Source: Negaprion brevirostris (taxonomy: Eukaryota). Taken from it: a stretch of DNA of 64,000 nucleotides. The stretch is from contig JARDVH010000163.1 in NCBI GenBank assembly GCA_030324005.1, forward strand, positions 105,466,814-105,530,813. The letters run 5' to 3'. The notes under the pieces were generated by a model. The model did not search any database. It was not told the origin of the DNA and saw only the letters and a list, made by a program, of their open reading frames with translations. Below, piece by piece: positions 50,221 to 63,418 of this stretch. How positions within the stretch are numbered: the first letter of the stretch is position 1; every line of letters starts with the position of its first letter. The position numbers were made by a program, and so were the translations under genes.

Positions 50221-51199
50221 TTTCCCCCTTATTATACAATGAACAAATAAACAGCTGCGTGAAATTGATGTAGCGCAACAGTAACTGTGTAATAAATTAA
50301 TTTAGATATTTATTTGAAATAAATATACTGTAATATTAGAATTATATCCAAGCAGATCACTGAGTTATACTGAAACCAAAGCAAATATTTTCAGCATTTG
50401 GGTTACAAGATCTTAACTTGAAATATTTACCATAACCACATAAAACCCATCTGGTCCACTAATAAACCTTTAGGGAAGAGAAGCTGGCCTGTACGTGATG
50501 CCAGATTTACAGCAATGTGTTTTACTTTTAACTGCCTCTGAAATGATCCAACCAGCCACTGAGCTGCCAAAACAGTGGCTCATTGTTAACCGTTCAAGGG
50601 CAGTAGGGATGGGCAAAAAACACCAGTCTTGCCAGTGACACACACACCCATGAATTAATTAAAAAATATATACTTTCCCAACTTTTCACTTCTAGGGACA
50701 GTGATGCAATGGTACATAGAATAGGTATACAATACAATAAGCATAGCTGAATAGACAGAAAACAGAATTACAAAGCTTTTCCAAAAAAAACATTCTGAAG
50801 TCCCTCTCTAAACTTTTCTGTCCCTTTTCAAGACACCCCTTAAAACCTGTTTATTTGATCAAGCTGTCATAACATCTCCTGGTGTGAGTAGGTGTCAAAT
50901 TTTGTTTTGATAGCTTTCCTGTGAAGCATTTGAGAGCATATTACATTTTTATAGTATTTTTAACATTGTAAGTTATTGTTGTTTAAATCACAAAAACCTG
51001 ACATGCTATGACACCTGATGCTTTAAGATAAAGCAATCCAATGAAATATGGAAAATGAACTAATGTTCATATACTATACAGAACAGCCTGGTGTGTGTCA
51101 TGAATAATAAACTTTTTATGATACACATTGATTCATTGAATTAATTCCAATATGTTCCAGTTGACAATAAGAAGAAATGCATTTGAATGCATAGATAAA

Positions 51200-51342
51200 G
51201 GGGTGAATTTTCAGGTCTTGCCTGCTGTGGGAATTCTCACGAGCAGGACAGGACGAAAAATTTGACAGACGTTTGAAAGGTCTGTTGACCTTGAATGGGA
51301 ACATCCGGTCTCAGGGTGGGTAGAACTGAAATATCTCACCCA
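51200..51342. mobile_element. MITE, same family as 36612-36748
   Basis: gggtgaattttcag ... ctgaaatatctcaccc termini. Confidence 0.65.
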
Positions 51343-52326
51343 TAGAGATGGCTTTAAAAGCTTTTCTCCTGTTTAACCTAAAGTTATGTAAAACAACTAG
51401 ATAAACAACCCCTGCTGAGCAGAATACATTTATGGGTTTGGGACTTGGCCAAGCATTCATAATGAGATTCCATTGAACAACTGTGTTAGCAGAACCCCTT
51501 TTGCTGGATACATTGAATCATTTTAACACAGCAAGTAACTCAGCCATCTGTCAAGCTTTGAAACTATCAAACAGACGGTTGATATAAACTTCACAGAAAA
51601 CATAAAAGCAAAGAGAACAATTCACAATCAAATCTGAATTTCACTACTCTGCAATGCAGAATACTTTATCCAGTGAATAATGAACTCTAATTTATCTGAA
51701 GACTTTTCAACTTTCACAATGCTGTTCAATTTAATTGTCACAACTTTTCAAAACAAAGCTTTATCATCAATCACTATATTAAAACATATATAAAACTTAT
51801 GATGCTGTTTTTCATTATGAAGTAGGCAGCAAGTTTTGAACTTACTTTTTAAAAAAGGTTCTTAATTCCAAACCCTGAATTTCCCTCTAGTTCACAACAC
51901 CCAAGTTGGTGTGAAGCATATTGCTTTCCAAAGCTGGCCCAACTGCTCAAAAATTGCAGGTGGTCTAAAAATGGAGGCAGCAATATTGGGACAGTCGCCC
52001 TTGGAATAGCGATAAGAATTCCGGAATTGGGTTCCAGCCAAATTTTAAAGCCTGACTGACTTGATTTGTCCCCGTATCAGGATAGCAAATCCAGCCCATT
52101 TTCTCTGTATCTACTGTATACAATACTTTCATGATTTTAAAAACCAGTTTGGTCAACTTTCCGTGTTTTGTTTTCAAGGAAGAGACCCCCAGGCTTGCTT
52201 ATCCCTTCCTGATATGTAGGACCTTGCATTTTCAAATAATTTCTGCAAATCTTTTGTGCAACCAGAACTGCATGCATTACTCTTAAATGTAGTTTAAAAG
52301 GTTCAAAAAGGTTTAGTATACCTTCT

Positions 52327-52571
52327 GTGTGGAATTTGCACATTCTCCCTGTGTCTGTGTGGGTTTCCTCCAGGTGCTCCGGTTTCCTCCCACAGTCCAA
52401 AGACGTTCAGGTTAGATGGATTGGCCATGCTAAATTGCCTCTTAGTGCCGGGGGACTAGCTAGGGTAAATGCATATGGTTATGGGGATAAGGTCTGGGTG
52501 GATTGTGGTTGGTGCAGACTTGATGGGCCAAATGGACTCCTTCTGCACTGTAGAATTCTTTGGTTCTATGA
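52327..52571 (+). mobile_element. HE1-like SINE lacking head
   Basis: V-domain plus tail. Confidence 0.85.
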
Positions 52572-55207
52572 CTCAGATTTTTCAATTCTATTCCTCTAAA
52601 AATAAGGCCAAGTGCTTTGATTATTTTTCTTTGGCCTTGTCAACCAGTGACACAGTTTTCGATGTTTGTGTACTTGCAGGTTACTTTGATCATGGCTGAT
52701 CTATACTTCAAATCTGTTAATATGATTATGTTACTGTCCCTGAATACACTTATCTGACATCTTTGGTAGGAAAAGTAATATGATCCCTACTAAAGGAGAT
52801 AACAGAAAAACATCTGAAATCCGTAATTTGTTCCTTTATTTCTTGTAGAATGATCTTTCAAGTTATAAGTGATCTCTCCTAATCTTCCCACCAAATTGTA
52901 CTATGTCATATTTATCTGCATTGAACTTCATTTGCCAATGATTTCTCCATTTTGCAATTTTATTGATGTACTCCTGTAATTTATTGAAATCCTCCTCAGT
53001 ATTGACTAATTCCCCACAATTTGGTGGAATTTATGAATTTAGAAAGTGTGTTTTTGATTCAAAAGTTCAAATCATTAATGTAATTGTTATTGGTCCAAGC
53101 ACCAATCTTTGTTGAACACTACTTTGCAACTTCTGTCACTATGACTAAATACCTGTTATTCCCATTCTTCACTTTCTGTCTTGAAGCCAGCTAACAATTC
53201 ATTCTGCCACTTGAACCCGACTCTGAATTCTCTGATTTTATTCATTTGTGGGAGCATTTTAGAAAATCGAAATACATTACATATATTACAAGACCAGCAT
53301 TTATTGCCACCCCTAATTGTCCTCTACTACCATTGGCTGCTCTCTCTCTCTGTTGCTCCTTTAAAATGAAATGGTGAACGTCAGTGACAAAAGGAACTGC
53401 CAAGAAAATGGTTCCAGATGAAGCATCAGCAGACAATGAGCCAAAGACCTGCCTTTGGACAGAGTCTTTTCCGGAAATTCTTCTATTATCTCCTTTAGTA
53501 GGGATCCCATTGCTTTTCCCACCAACGATGTCAAATAAGTATATCAAGGGACAATAACAGAATCATATTAACGGATTTGAAGTATAGATCAGCCATGATC
53601 AAACTAATCTACAAAATAAGTTATATAACTTACCCTCCTCTTACACTTCAATTTAGAATGTACTCTTTATCAAATTCACATGTTCAATTAATCTTTAGGT
53701 ATTATACAATTATAGCACTGGCCATTCCAATAAGTCACTATATGGCAAATTAACTAATTTTGTAGTGACTGTATCATAAATGCAATCACTTAGTGGAGAC
53801 ATTGCACATTGTTCCTACTTGAATAATGTCATGATAGAAATTGATGTTTAAGATACATCGCATTTGGAGGTTTTGCGGCTTTAAGGATAAGAAACAAACT
53901 TCTGTCTTCTAACAATGGAGCTCAAATTGCAATGTTGTGACCATTTACCAGTATATGTTCTTATATGCACAATGCTACAATGTGCAGAAGCTTCAATTCT
54001 CCAAAGTCATTTTACCTCACAGTTTAAAATATACAAACAATAATCTCTCTCGTTCATACAGAAACATTAATAAAACAAATATTTAACAACTTGTCCTGGT
54101 TTTTAATGACTGCTCATTTGTAAGCAAATAAATGCACACATATTGAAAGTTATTTAAAAATAGATTGTACCACCACTATTTTGCATTATGAAATGAAGCC
54201 AGAATGAAATCAATGAGGAATCATCAAGTTGAAATAAATAATTTCATCTCAAATTGTGGCACACATATTGCTCCTGACTGTAGTGCTGTGGACAGCAGTT
54301 TTTTTTTAAACTGCATGTTAGAGATGCAACTGGCACATTTTGCCAGGCCATTTTCAAGACACATAGGTTTCAAGACACATTTTGTGCCAGTTGCATGGGA
54401 TAATGTTCTTGGTCTCTCTTTAAATTGTTATCTCAAGTGAAGTCACTTCAAAAAGTTGTTTTGCTTCATGTCAGGTGCAGGAACAAAGGCTGCTGTTAAT
54501 TATATTAATTTAGTTCCACTAAATCCATACTGATATAAGGTTTGATAGAATAATCAATCAGTAAAAGAAAAAGAGCAACACAGAAGACCCCAATAAATTG
54601 GAATCACTGTTCGCTTTTATATAAATCAACATTTTCTTGTCCTTCAGTGAAATTGCTTATAACATAGGCGACTATATTGGCATGAATCACAGTAGCATTA
54701 ATGTATCTGATAGTCAAAACAAGAAAATGTTTCAAATTAAAATTCAATATAAACTGGATTTCATCCAACCTATAATGGATTTGTCAAGGCAACTACTTCA
54801 AACTGTGAACTGCAAGATTTAAAAAATGCCTCTAGTCCACTTGGACCATTTATAAAAATGAAAAGCCCTCTTCCGAATGTTCCAGGATTCACCAAAGATA
54901 TATATGATTCTGTTTCATTTTCTGAAATATAACTGGTTGCAGGCCCTAAGTAAAATGACTTAATCAAACAATTACCAAATTACCATTCAGCATGCATAAA
55001 ACTGCAACTGAAGTACATCAATTGGTCTGTTTAAGGTTATTATGAGTTTGGTGTAATACGTTCTGACTCAAGAGCACTACAAGATTGACAACATATCCGA
55101 ATACTGAATTGACTTTCGGGTTTTGTTTCACTGTGACAAAAAGTAGAATAATACCGAATAACACTGCCTTCTTCCAAGCCATCAGTAATTTTTGAATAGG
55201 TTTCAAA

Positions 55208-55414
55208 ACACCAGCTTAAAGTCCAACAGGCTTATTCGATATCACAAGTTTTCAGAGCACTGCTCCTTCATCAGATGAGTGGAGAGTTGGGTTCACAAAC
55301 ATGGCATATGTAGACCGACTCTGATAGATACCAAATAAAGCTGTTGGACTTTAACGTGGAGTTGTAAGACTTCTTACTGTGCCCACCCCAGTACAACACC
55401 GGCATCTCCACATC
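55208..55414. mobile_element. Penelope-derived short palindromic element with minimal hammerhead ribozyme motif (minus strand 55280-55241)
   Basis: Inverted repeat ttaaagtccaacagg.ttatt / aataaagctgttggactttaa. Its right end is also present at window positions 1-60. Core CTGATGA-aggagcagtgctct-GAAA. Confidence 0.65.
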
Positions 55415-57607
55415 ATAATTTTTCTAAGTCTCCAGTTTGCTCATATATTTTGGATACAATAGCGGCACCTAAAAAGTCTATCCCATAAGCTACTTTTCAA
55501 GTACTAAAAGGTTTTCCACTTACCAAAATGCTGTAGGTTGCAAGTTTTCTAATTACTCTCTTCCCCTAAAAGAAACTCTATAAAATAAACTTTGACCAAG
55601 ACCATCAAATGTTCATTTCTTCCTCCTATCATTTGAACAAATTTTCATTGTTTTCTTAAAAGCCTCCAATCTTCAGTGGTTTTCAGTCCCACTAATAGGA
55701 TTGTTTTGTATAAGTCACCACAATAAAGATGACTGTTATATGATTTTTAAGCACACCAGAACAAAATCCCACAGAACTCGTTACCAGAAAAGCAAATGTA
55801 TGTTTCCAGCACAGTACCAGATTGGTATTTTCAATGTACTACTTGATTCAAAACAAGCATGATATGATAAATACTGGCAACTCAATTAACAAGTGAGGTA
55901 CCTTAAAATGTTTAAGCAATGTCAAAAATGCAGAAATGAATGTGAGGGAAATAACACATTTTAATTAAAAGGAGTTGTTCTATATTTGTGAAGCACAGAG
56001 AATAAATGTAACATACTAATTTAAATGTAATCAGATTACATATAGTTGCTCAGATCAGTAGTCAGTTTTAAGCTCAACCATTTGGCAATGGTATCTTTTC
56101 AATATAAATGGAATTCTGCTCTATGGTCTGTCAGATTTTTAGTGAGCTGTATCATCGAATGCTAATTTGACCTTTTTTTTTAAATGGTTCTATTATTAGT
56201 GGTTTATTCAAAAAAAAACTTTGCTATACTGAATTATTTCAATGGTGTAGCCTGTTTTATGATTGTAAGAAATTTGTACACGGATTAAAATCTCCAAATC
56301 TACATACAATAGGTATAAACGAGGAGAACTTCTGAACCAAATGCCCCTTCTAATAGTTCGATCCTTGTACAATATGTTAAATCATATAATCCTGTTGAAA
56401 GCATAAAGTATTAATATTTGCAAATTTATATATATGGTAAACAAACTCATGTACATGCTTAAGTATAATAAAATATGAAAAGTAAATTAGTTGTAGAATA
56501 ATTGTGCATTAACAAAGTTTTAAGATGAAACGATTAAGATAAATAAAGTGCACAGTACAAGTCCATATATAGTCAGAAGGTAAGCGGGCTTCTGTTACTG
56601 GTTAAGCTTTAACTGGCCAGAATATATCACGGTGGCTTCCCTTTAGCTCCAATGGATGGCAATAAAGTTCATTATACTTCAGCAAAGAAGTTGCAACAAC
56701 ATTAATCTGTTTGTTTGTGCTACTGTTTTATTCTGAAACAATGTAAAATACAATAAAATTTTCGTTAAAATTACTTAGCTATATTCCATTGAAGGAAACA
56801 TTTCATCATCTGATACCATCAGATCCTGCTCTAGTCATGTGTTTTAAAAAATATCAGATTAGCACATACGAGAAGATTATAACTTTGACTGTGAACATTT
56901 TTGAACATGAAATACAGAATGCTGAGAAGACCCTCCTCTCAAACGGAAAATAAATGGATGCCCAAACGTACAGTATATCAGTTAAGCCATGGAATATGAC
57001 AAGTTCTCATCCTGAACACTAGATGTCACTTGTAGAGTCTGTACTCGCATTATAAGCAGTCAAAGAAGCAGTAGCAGAATAATCTGAACACAAATTGGCT
57101 GGTGTCATTTGTGCGTACAGATGCTGGTTGGAAGTTTCAAAGCAGCATGAGAGGGCAGGTTTGGATCAATTTATCTGTGTACCAAAAAATGTGTAGAATG
57201 GAGCAAGGTGGTTAACGGGGCAACCTTCATGAACACTCCATCACACTAAGATATCCATGTTATGTATTCATTTCAGAGAAAACATGTAACTGAATTTAAT
57301 TACTAACATCAAAATCCTTATTTTTAATATGAATAAATCATTCTCATAGAAGATTAAAAACTTTGCTATGTGACCATTGGTAGCTAAGATACTATAATTA
57401 TCGAAATGCTAAAGGCTAAATTGAAAGGAAATTAAATTTAAAAATATGCAAGCAAAAAATGATAATGACAAAAGTATGGTCTTAAATTAAGTTATTGTCT
57501 TATTTAAGACTAAGCGCCACTTCTAGAATAGAAAACCTCAACAGCAGTGTTTTCTATTTAACAAAATAATATAAAATATATTAGAAAAATTAAAAATAAA
57601 ACCTTAC

Positions 57608-57667
57608 CTTTCAATAATGAAACTTTAGTTAAAGGTTCATTCAGTTCCTGTTCATCCATCTGGTAAT
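57608..57667 (-). CDS. SLMAP: SLMAP coding exon (60 nt), (D)YQMDEQELNEPLTKVSLLK
   Basis: aaaaatag|AT TAC CAG ATG GAT GAA...TTG AAA G|gtaagg. Near-identical to recalled human AQMDEQDLNEPLAKVSLLK. Confidence 0.95.
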
Positions 57668-58520
57668 CTATTTTTGGTTTAAAAATATGAGTATAAATCC
57701 ATGAAGCAATAGCAATGCTACATAATTACTTACAGAAACACCAAAGCCTCCTGAAAGTACATGTGCCATAGCATAATCATTTATAATTTAAGAGGTGGTG
57801 AAAATGTACACTAATATCAATATCTACGCCTAACCTTGCCAGATGTGTTGCACAGCAATAAAGTTTAAGTAAATTTATCATTAATTCTTGAAGACTTATT
57901 ATGTAATGCTTTGTCAACTTTTTTAAAGTTAGTTTATAGCAAATTTAAGATTTAGAAAACAGATAACTTTGTTTCATGAAACAAAAATTTGCTGGAGTTT
58001 GAATAGTTTTGCTTCTTATCTAATCATTGAAACATTTTAGTATCGACTGTACATATTAAGTAATGCCACCTAACAAAATGATTATTTTCCATAATTTTAT
58101 AGAAAGCAAAATAGAATCTGAGATTCAAGGAATTGTAAAAAATTAGGAGAAACTTTCTGTAACTGGAAAGGACAACTGTCAAACACCAACAATTGAAACA
58201 AACAAACAAGTGTAAAGAAGGTGGAACTGAAATGAAAAAGACAAGCACTGTCCATATTTAAGTATGCAGGTTCTTGACTTATTTTGCAAACTACATTCGA
58301 CACAAAATATTCCAATTCCACTTCAGTGAAAAAGCAGAATAGTAAACTTTAAGTAATAATGACACCAGGAGTTTTTTCATTTTATAAGAATTATGAGAAT
58401 ACAACATCAGGGAATTAAAAAAGTGTATTGTGCAAATGTAATTTATGAACATTTAAATTAAAAACGGCCTTTTGCTAAAACATACCTCTGCAATTTAGTT
58501 CAATAATCATAAAAAATTAC

Positions 58521-58576
58521 CTGTAGAGTCTTCACTGCTCCGGTCCTTACTTGGGCTGAGTGTGTCAGACATGTCA
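58521..58576 (-). CDS. SLMAP: SLMAP coding exon, 5' end lost in N gap; ...DMSDTLSPSKDRSSEDST(D)
   Basis: The translation matches recalled human ESDFSDTLSPSKEKSSDDTTD. Donor ACAG|gtaatt at 58520-58519; the acceptor falls in the gap 58577-58586. Confidence 0.9.
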
Positions 58577-60081
58577 NNNNNNNNNNATAACCATGGGGGT
58601 GGGAGAGGTGGGGGCACAATACATTTCAATGCAGAAAGCCAAGTCATTTGTTTTTCTTTATAAATTGACAATTGGTAGCTAAATCAAATACACACAACTA
58701 AATTAAAACTGTTCCCTAAGATTTTGAGAATAATAGTCAGAATTTCTAACTACATTAACCGTCTTTAAAAAATAATATGCATGGGCACTGCCAATTCTTC
58801 TCAAAAAGTTGGCAGCTTCTGCCATATTCCACAAATGGTCATGTAAGCAAGCTGAAGCTTAGCACACAGCTGCCTTGCTAAAATAGTCAATGCTTTTGTT
58901 TGGGGGATATAAGGTCATTTCCTTGCCAATTGGCAAAGGCTGCAGGGGCAATTGTTCTCATTAAAATGTTAATAAATAGCTACATAAGAGAGACAATGCA
59001 GTACAAAGTGTTTCAGTATTTTTTCCAATTCCTTCAAACTTCAAATCCAAATGAATTTCCTAAATTTTTTTGCCTGATTTTTCATAAACAGCATGCAGCT
59101 TTTTATAAATTTGAGTCTACATTTGGACTAACAATAACTCCAGTGAATTTCTGGTTTCATTTGTTCATCTCTCAGCACATGGCATTTATTAGAGGAATAC
59201 AAAGCTCTATAGGTGACAGGAGTAACTTAAAATAAGTCTTCAACATTTGACTTCAACTGTTTGCATCCCTATTTGATGTATTTTTCTACATCCTCTCTAA
59301 TAACATTTACTCCATGTGCAACATTTTGATTTTATGGTTTTTGACTGAATATAACTCTGTGAACCTCCACATCCTGCTGTCCACCTTCAAAACTGGGCTC
59401 GGTAATGACTTCTGAATGTTGCTTTATCATTAAAAACCAATCTTATCACATGATTAAAGCAACCAAGTCAATTGTATGACTTATTAAAAATTTAAGTCAT
59501 AGCATTGGAGATTCTAACCTCATTGAGAAGTTACTTAGTGGATTGTAAATTGTAAAATCAATGTTGCCCATTGGATTTTGATGCTTGCCAAAATGCTGGT
59601 AATCAGGTCATCTTAGATTGTATAGTCAAAATAAAACAAATGCATGATCTTTTGAACATAGATTTGAGGTTTTAAAACATCTGTAATCAAGACTAATATG
59701 CATTACAAGAGCCAAAAGAACTGGTTCTAAAAGATTTGCAATTCAACTATTTTGCAAAGCAAGCCTGCTATATGCACTTTTATAGGGTGGTGACAATCTG
59801 TTAACTGAAGTGTTCTGTTTCTGACAGTGTGCTCCGGTTTATTTTAGTCATTTTTCTCAAGACCAAAGTGTCCTTAATTTATCACATTTATCAGGAGACT
59901 TGAACAGGAAAAAGAATCAACAAATCTGAAATCAACGCTGATTTCTGAGCTGACTACTACCTTACTTACTCTCTGGCTCCTGCTGTTTCTGATTATAGCA
60001 TTTGGACATTTAATTGGCATTTGGTTTCTCATCTACCTCCTGTAAGATCTTTGATGAGAATAAAGCCATATTCTTTTCATC

Positions 60082-60432
60082 GAATCAGAGAAACTCAAGT
60101 GCAGAAGAGGCTATCCTACCCATCAAGTCTGTGCCGATTCTCTGACAGAGTATCTTACCCAGGCGCTCTTGTCTGCCCTAACCCATAATTCCCACAACCC
60201 CACACATTTCCCTTGGTTAATCCACCTAACCTACACATCTTGGCACTCTAAGGGACAATTTCCCATGGCTAATCCACCTAACCTGCACATCTTTGGACTG
60301 TGGGAGGAAACCAGGGCACCTGAAGGAAACACACACAGACACGAGGAGAATGTGGTCACCCAAGATTGGAATTGAACCCGGGTACCTGGCGCTGTGAGGC
60401 AGCAGTGTTAACCACTGTGCCGCCATGTCACC
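60082..60432 (-). mobile_element. HE1-like V-SINE, full length
   Basis: Head ggcggcacagtggttaacactgctgcctcacagcgccagg on the minus strand. Confidence 0.88.
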
Positions 60433-62589
60433 CTTTGTTCAGATAGCATCTGTGGAGAGAAGCAAAGTTTTAAGTCGATGACCCTTCATCAGGTTCTTAA
60501 GAAGGATCGTTAACCTGGAGCATTAACTCCATGTTTACTTCCACAGACGCTACCTGATTTGCTGAGTATTTCCACCAATTTTTGTTTTTATTTCTGATAA
60601 ACGTAGTTGCAGTCTTGTAACTCCAATCCTGCCGATGGTGCACCAGCGTCGCAGGTTTCCTGGTGGCAAGGGGTGCATTCAACGGGAAACCTCATTGACA
60701 ACACTGGAATCAGAAAATCCCATCACGGGTCAATGGCAGACTGCATCTGTGAAACATGTGGTTAGTTGCATGGAAAATCCTGCACCACGTTTCATTCGTG
60801 ATTTTGGTTACATAAACCAGAGCAAGTATAAAGGTGGAGACTCTTTTGCAAGAAAATAGAGATATTAATAAATATACTCGACAGGGTGCCCTGACACTGA
60901 GTAGCACTGTAAGGACCTATGGTGCATCACTTCCTCCAGAGTACGGCTTATAGATTAAATACGAATAATTAAAAGGAAGGAAAACATTGCCTTCTTAACC
61001 TAGGTGAAATTCCAAAACCTGTTTTACCAGTATTTTCAACGCAAATGAAGGATTTCTTTATGACAAACACATTGACACTTCTCAATAAAAGCAGTATGTT
61101 TAGGCATAAGAGTGGCTACTTATTTTTGAAGTTCAGGTTCCAGTCTCACACTGTTGGCTCGACTTGTTAAGCCACATGCATACAATAAAAAAAATCATTA
61201 TCAAAGATCATCCAACTGCAAGATGGTTAAAAGATCATGCTTTCATATAATCTGTTGAACAATGAATCTGAACTGAAACTCTTACTCTTACAGATTGTAA
61301 AAATTAATTATCCAAAGCCTTTACCCCTAACTCAAAGTAGACAAACATCTCTAACCATGTCCTGAACATGTCTCCTCACAAATCCATGCCCATGTCTCTC
61401 AATACTCTCTGCTTAAACACCTCCAATCAGTTTGTCACAACACTGATGTGTTCCAAATCAAATCACAAAATATTTTCTGTTTGATGTGGTGTATTATTGC
61501 TCCGTAACACCTTCAACTCTCAGCTGCTGGCCTTCTATAAAAAGGGGAAGTCTGACTTAACCTCGTCCTCACCAATCTACAAGTTGCAGATGGATCTGTC
61601 CATGATAGTATTGGAAGAATGACCAGCACACTCTCCTTTTGGAGATGAAGTCCTGTCTTTACATTGAGGATACTCTCCAATGATTGTGTGGCACTACCAC
61701 TGTTCTATATAGAATAGACTTGGAACAAATATAGCAACTCAAAAGTTGCACATCCACAAGGCAAGAGGGCCATCAGCAATAACAGAATTACCTGGCTATT
61801 TGCTCACTCGACTATTACCATTAAACCAAAGAATAAACCTGGATCATTGAAAAGTACAGGAGGGTGCACCAGGAGCAATACCAGGCATTTCTAAAAATGA
61901 GGTGCCAGCCTGCTGAAGCTGAAGATTGTATACAGTTCATCCACAACTCCTGTTGCCAATTTCCACTTCAGTGATGTGCTTTTCAAAATATTTTACATTA
62001 AAGACAATATATAAATATAAGTTGTTGTCAGTGTATGGGAAGCCATGCCCAAGACACACTGGATTTTAAAAAATAACTGGAGAAATTACTTCATAGACAG
62101 ATATGGTACATGATTCCATAAATAAATACAGCAATAGCATCTCATGTCACTTTTGCTGTTATTAGGGTATGTGATCCTGGTATCTTGCAAACAAACATTT
62201 CAGCAATTCAACCACACAGTTTCTTGCTTTCACTGATCTCTAAGCTATCTGCTCAAGTGTTGAGTACAAGCAGTCCCAAAGTGACAGCCACAGTAATTCC
62301 TAAAATGCTTCCCAAGTTTTACAAAGTATTTATAGCAACATTGCAAGCCATGATTGGAGTAGTTGATATGACCAACTAGCCATTTTAACTCTGAATTGTT
62401 ATCATTTACGATCCTAAAAAAGATAGGAACTCATTCCTCACAACAATATCAATATATTAAAAGTTGATCCAGAATACGTACTGGCAATCTGCATTGTTTC
62501 ACACAATACATTTTCACATAAGAACCAGAAGTATACATTCATTAGTCAACATTTTTTTCATTCTGCAGAAACTAAATAAATGATAAATG

Positions 62590-63290
62590 AATATCAGCAT
62601 AGATTTATGTATTTGACTATCTTGATTGAGTTCTTTGATGAAGTTAGACCCAGTTGATGAGGACACTACTGTTGTGTATGTTGACTTTTGAAAAGCATTT
62701 GACAAAATACCACACAATAGATCTGGCAGTGGGATTACAGGGGCATTTGCAGCATGAATACAAAACTGGATCAGAGACAGAAAGCAGAGAGTGGCAGTGA
62801 GCAGCTGCTGTTCAGACTGGCAGCATCTATCTATACAGTGACATTTCCTGGGATGCGATGAGGACTATTAATGTTTTCGATATATATTAATGACCTGAAT
62901 ATATATGGCATCATTTCAAAGTTTGCAGATGATGCAAAACTCAAAAATGTAGTAAACAATGAGGTATAGACATCAGGAGACATGGACTGGTGAAAAGGTC
63001 AGACATACGACAGATGAAATCGAAGAAAGGGAAGAATGAAGTGATGCATTTTAATAGGACAAAAAAAACTACAATTTTAGAAAGGATGCAATCAAAGACC
63101 TAGAGATGTAAATAGAAAAATCCTTGAAGATGAGAGTTAAGCTGTTGCTAAAAAAAAAAAGTTTTACAAAGAGAGGAAGAGAATGGATGGAAATTATGCT
63201 CAACTTTATAAAAGACTTATTGGGCTTTAGCAGAGTATTCAGCTCTGGCACCACACAATAGGAAGGATGCCAAGACCTTTGGATGAAAGA
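62590..63290 (+). mobile_element. CR1 LINE RT fragment, heavily decayed
   Basis: gtgtatgttgacttt..aaagcatttgacaaa..ccacac, tatattaatgacctg, aagtttgcagatgat (KFADD). Confidence 0.8.
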
Positions 63291-63358
63291 TTGGAGGGGG
63301 GGCATCTAGATTTCCCTGTCATAGTTGAAGCACGTGAAATATACTGAACATTACAAAC

Positions 63359-63418
63359 CTTTCAATAGCTTTGCTTCTTCAGTTACTTTGGTATGATGGT
63401 CTTCTGCTATAAGGGTGG
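63359..63418 (-). CDS. SLMAP: SLMAP coding exon (60 nt, phase 1-1), xTLIAEDHHTKVTEEAKLLK
   Basis: Minus-strand ttttgtttag|CC ACC CTT ATA GCA GAA...TTG AAA G|gtttgt. The peptide resembles human SLMAP KLIVEGHLTKAVEETKLSK (recalled). Confidence 0.8.

Noticed and set aside
59960-59992. Possible micro-exon on the minus strand (cag|AAACAGCAGGAGCCAGAGA|gtaagt) that might supply residues missing before the 58576 exon
   Set aside because: It is 19 nt long, which breaks the phase 1-1 pattern, and it has no good pyrimidine tract. The missing residues are more simply explained by the N gap.
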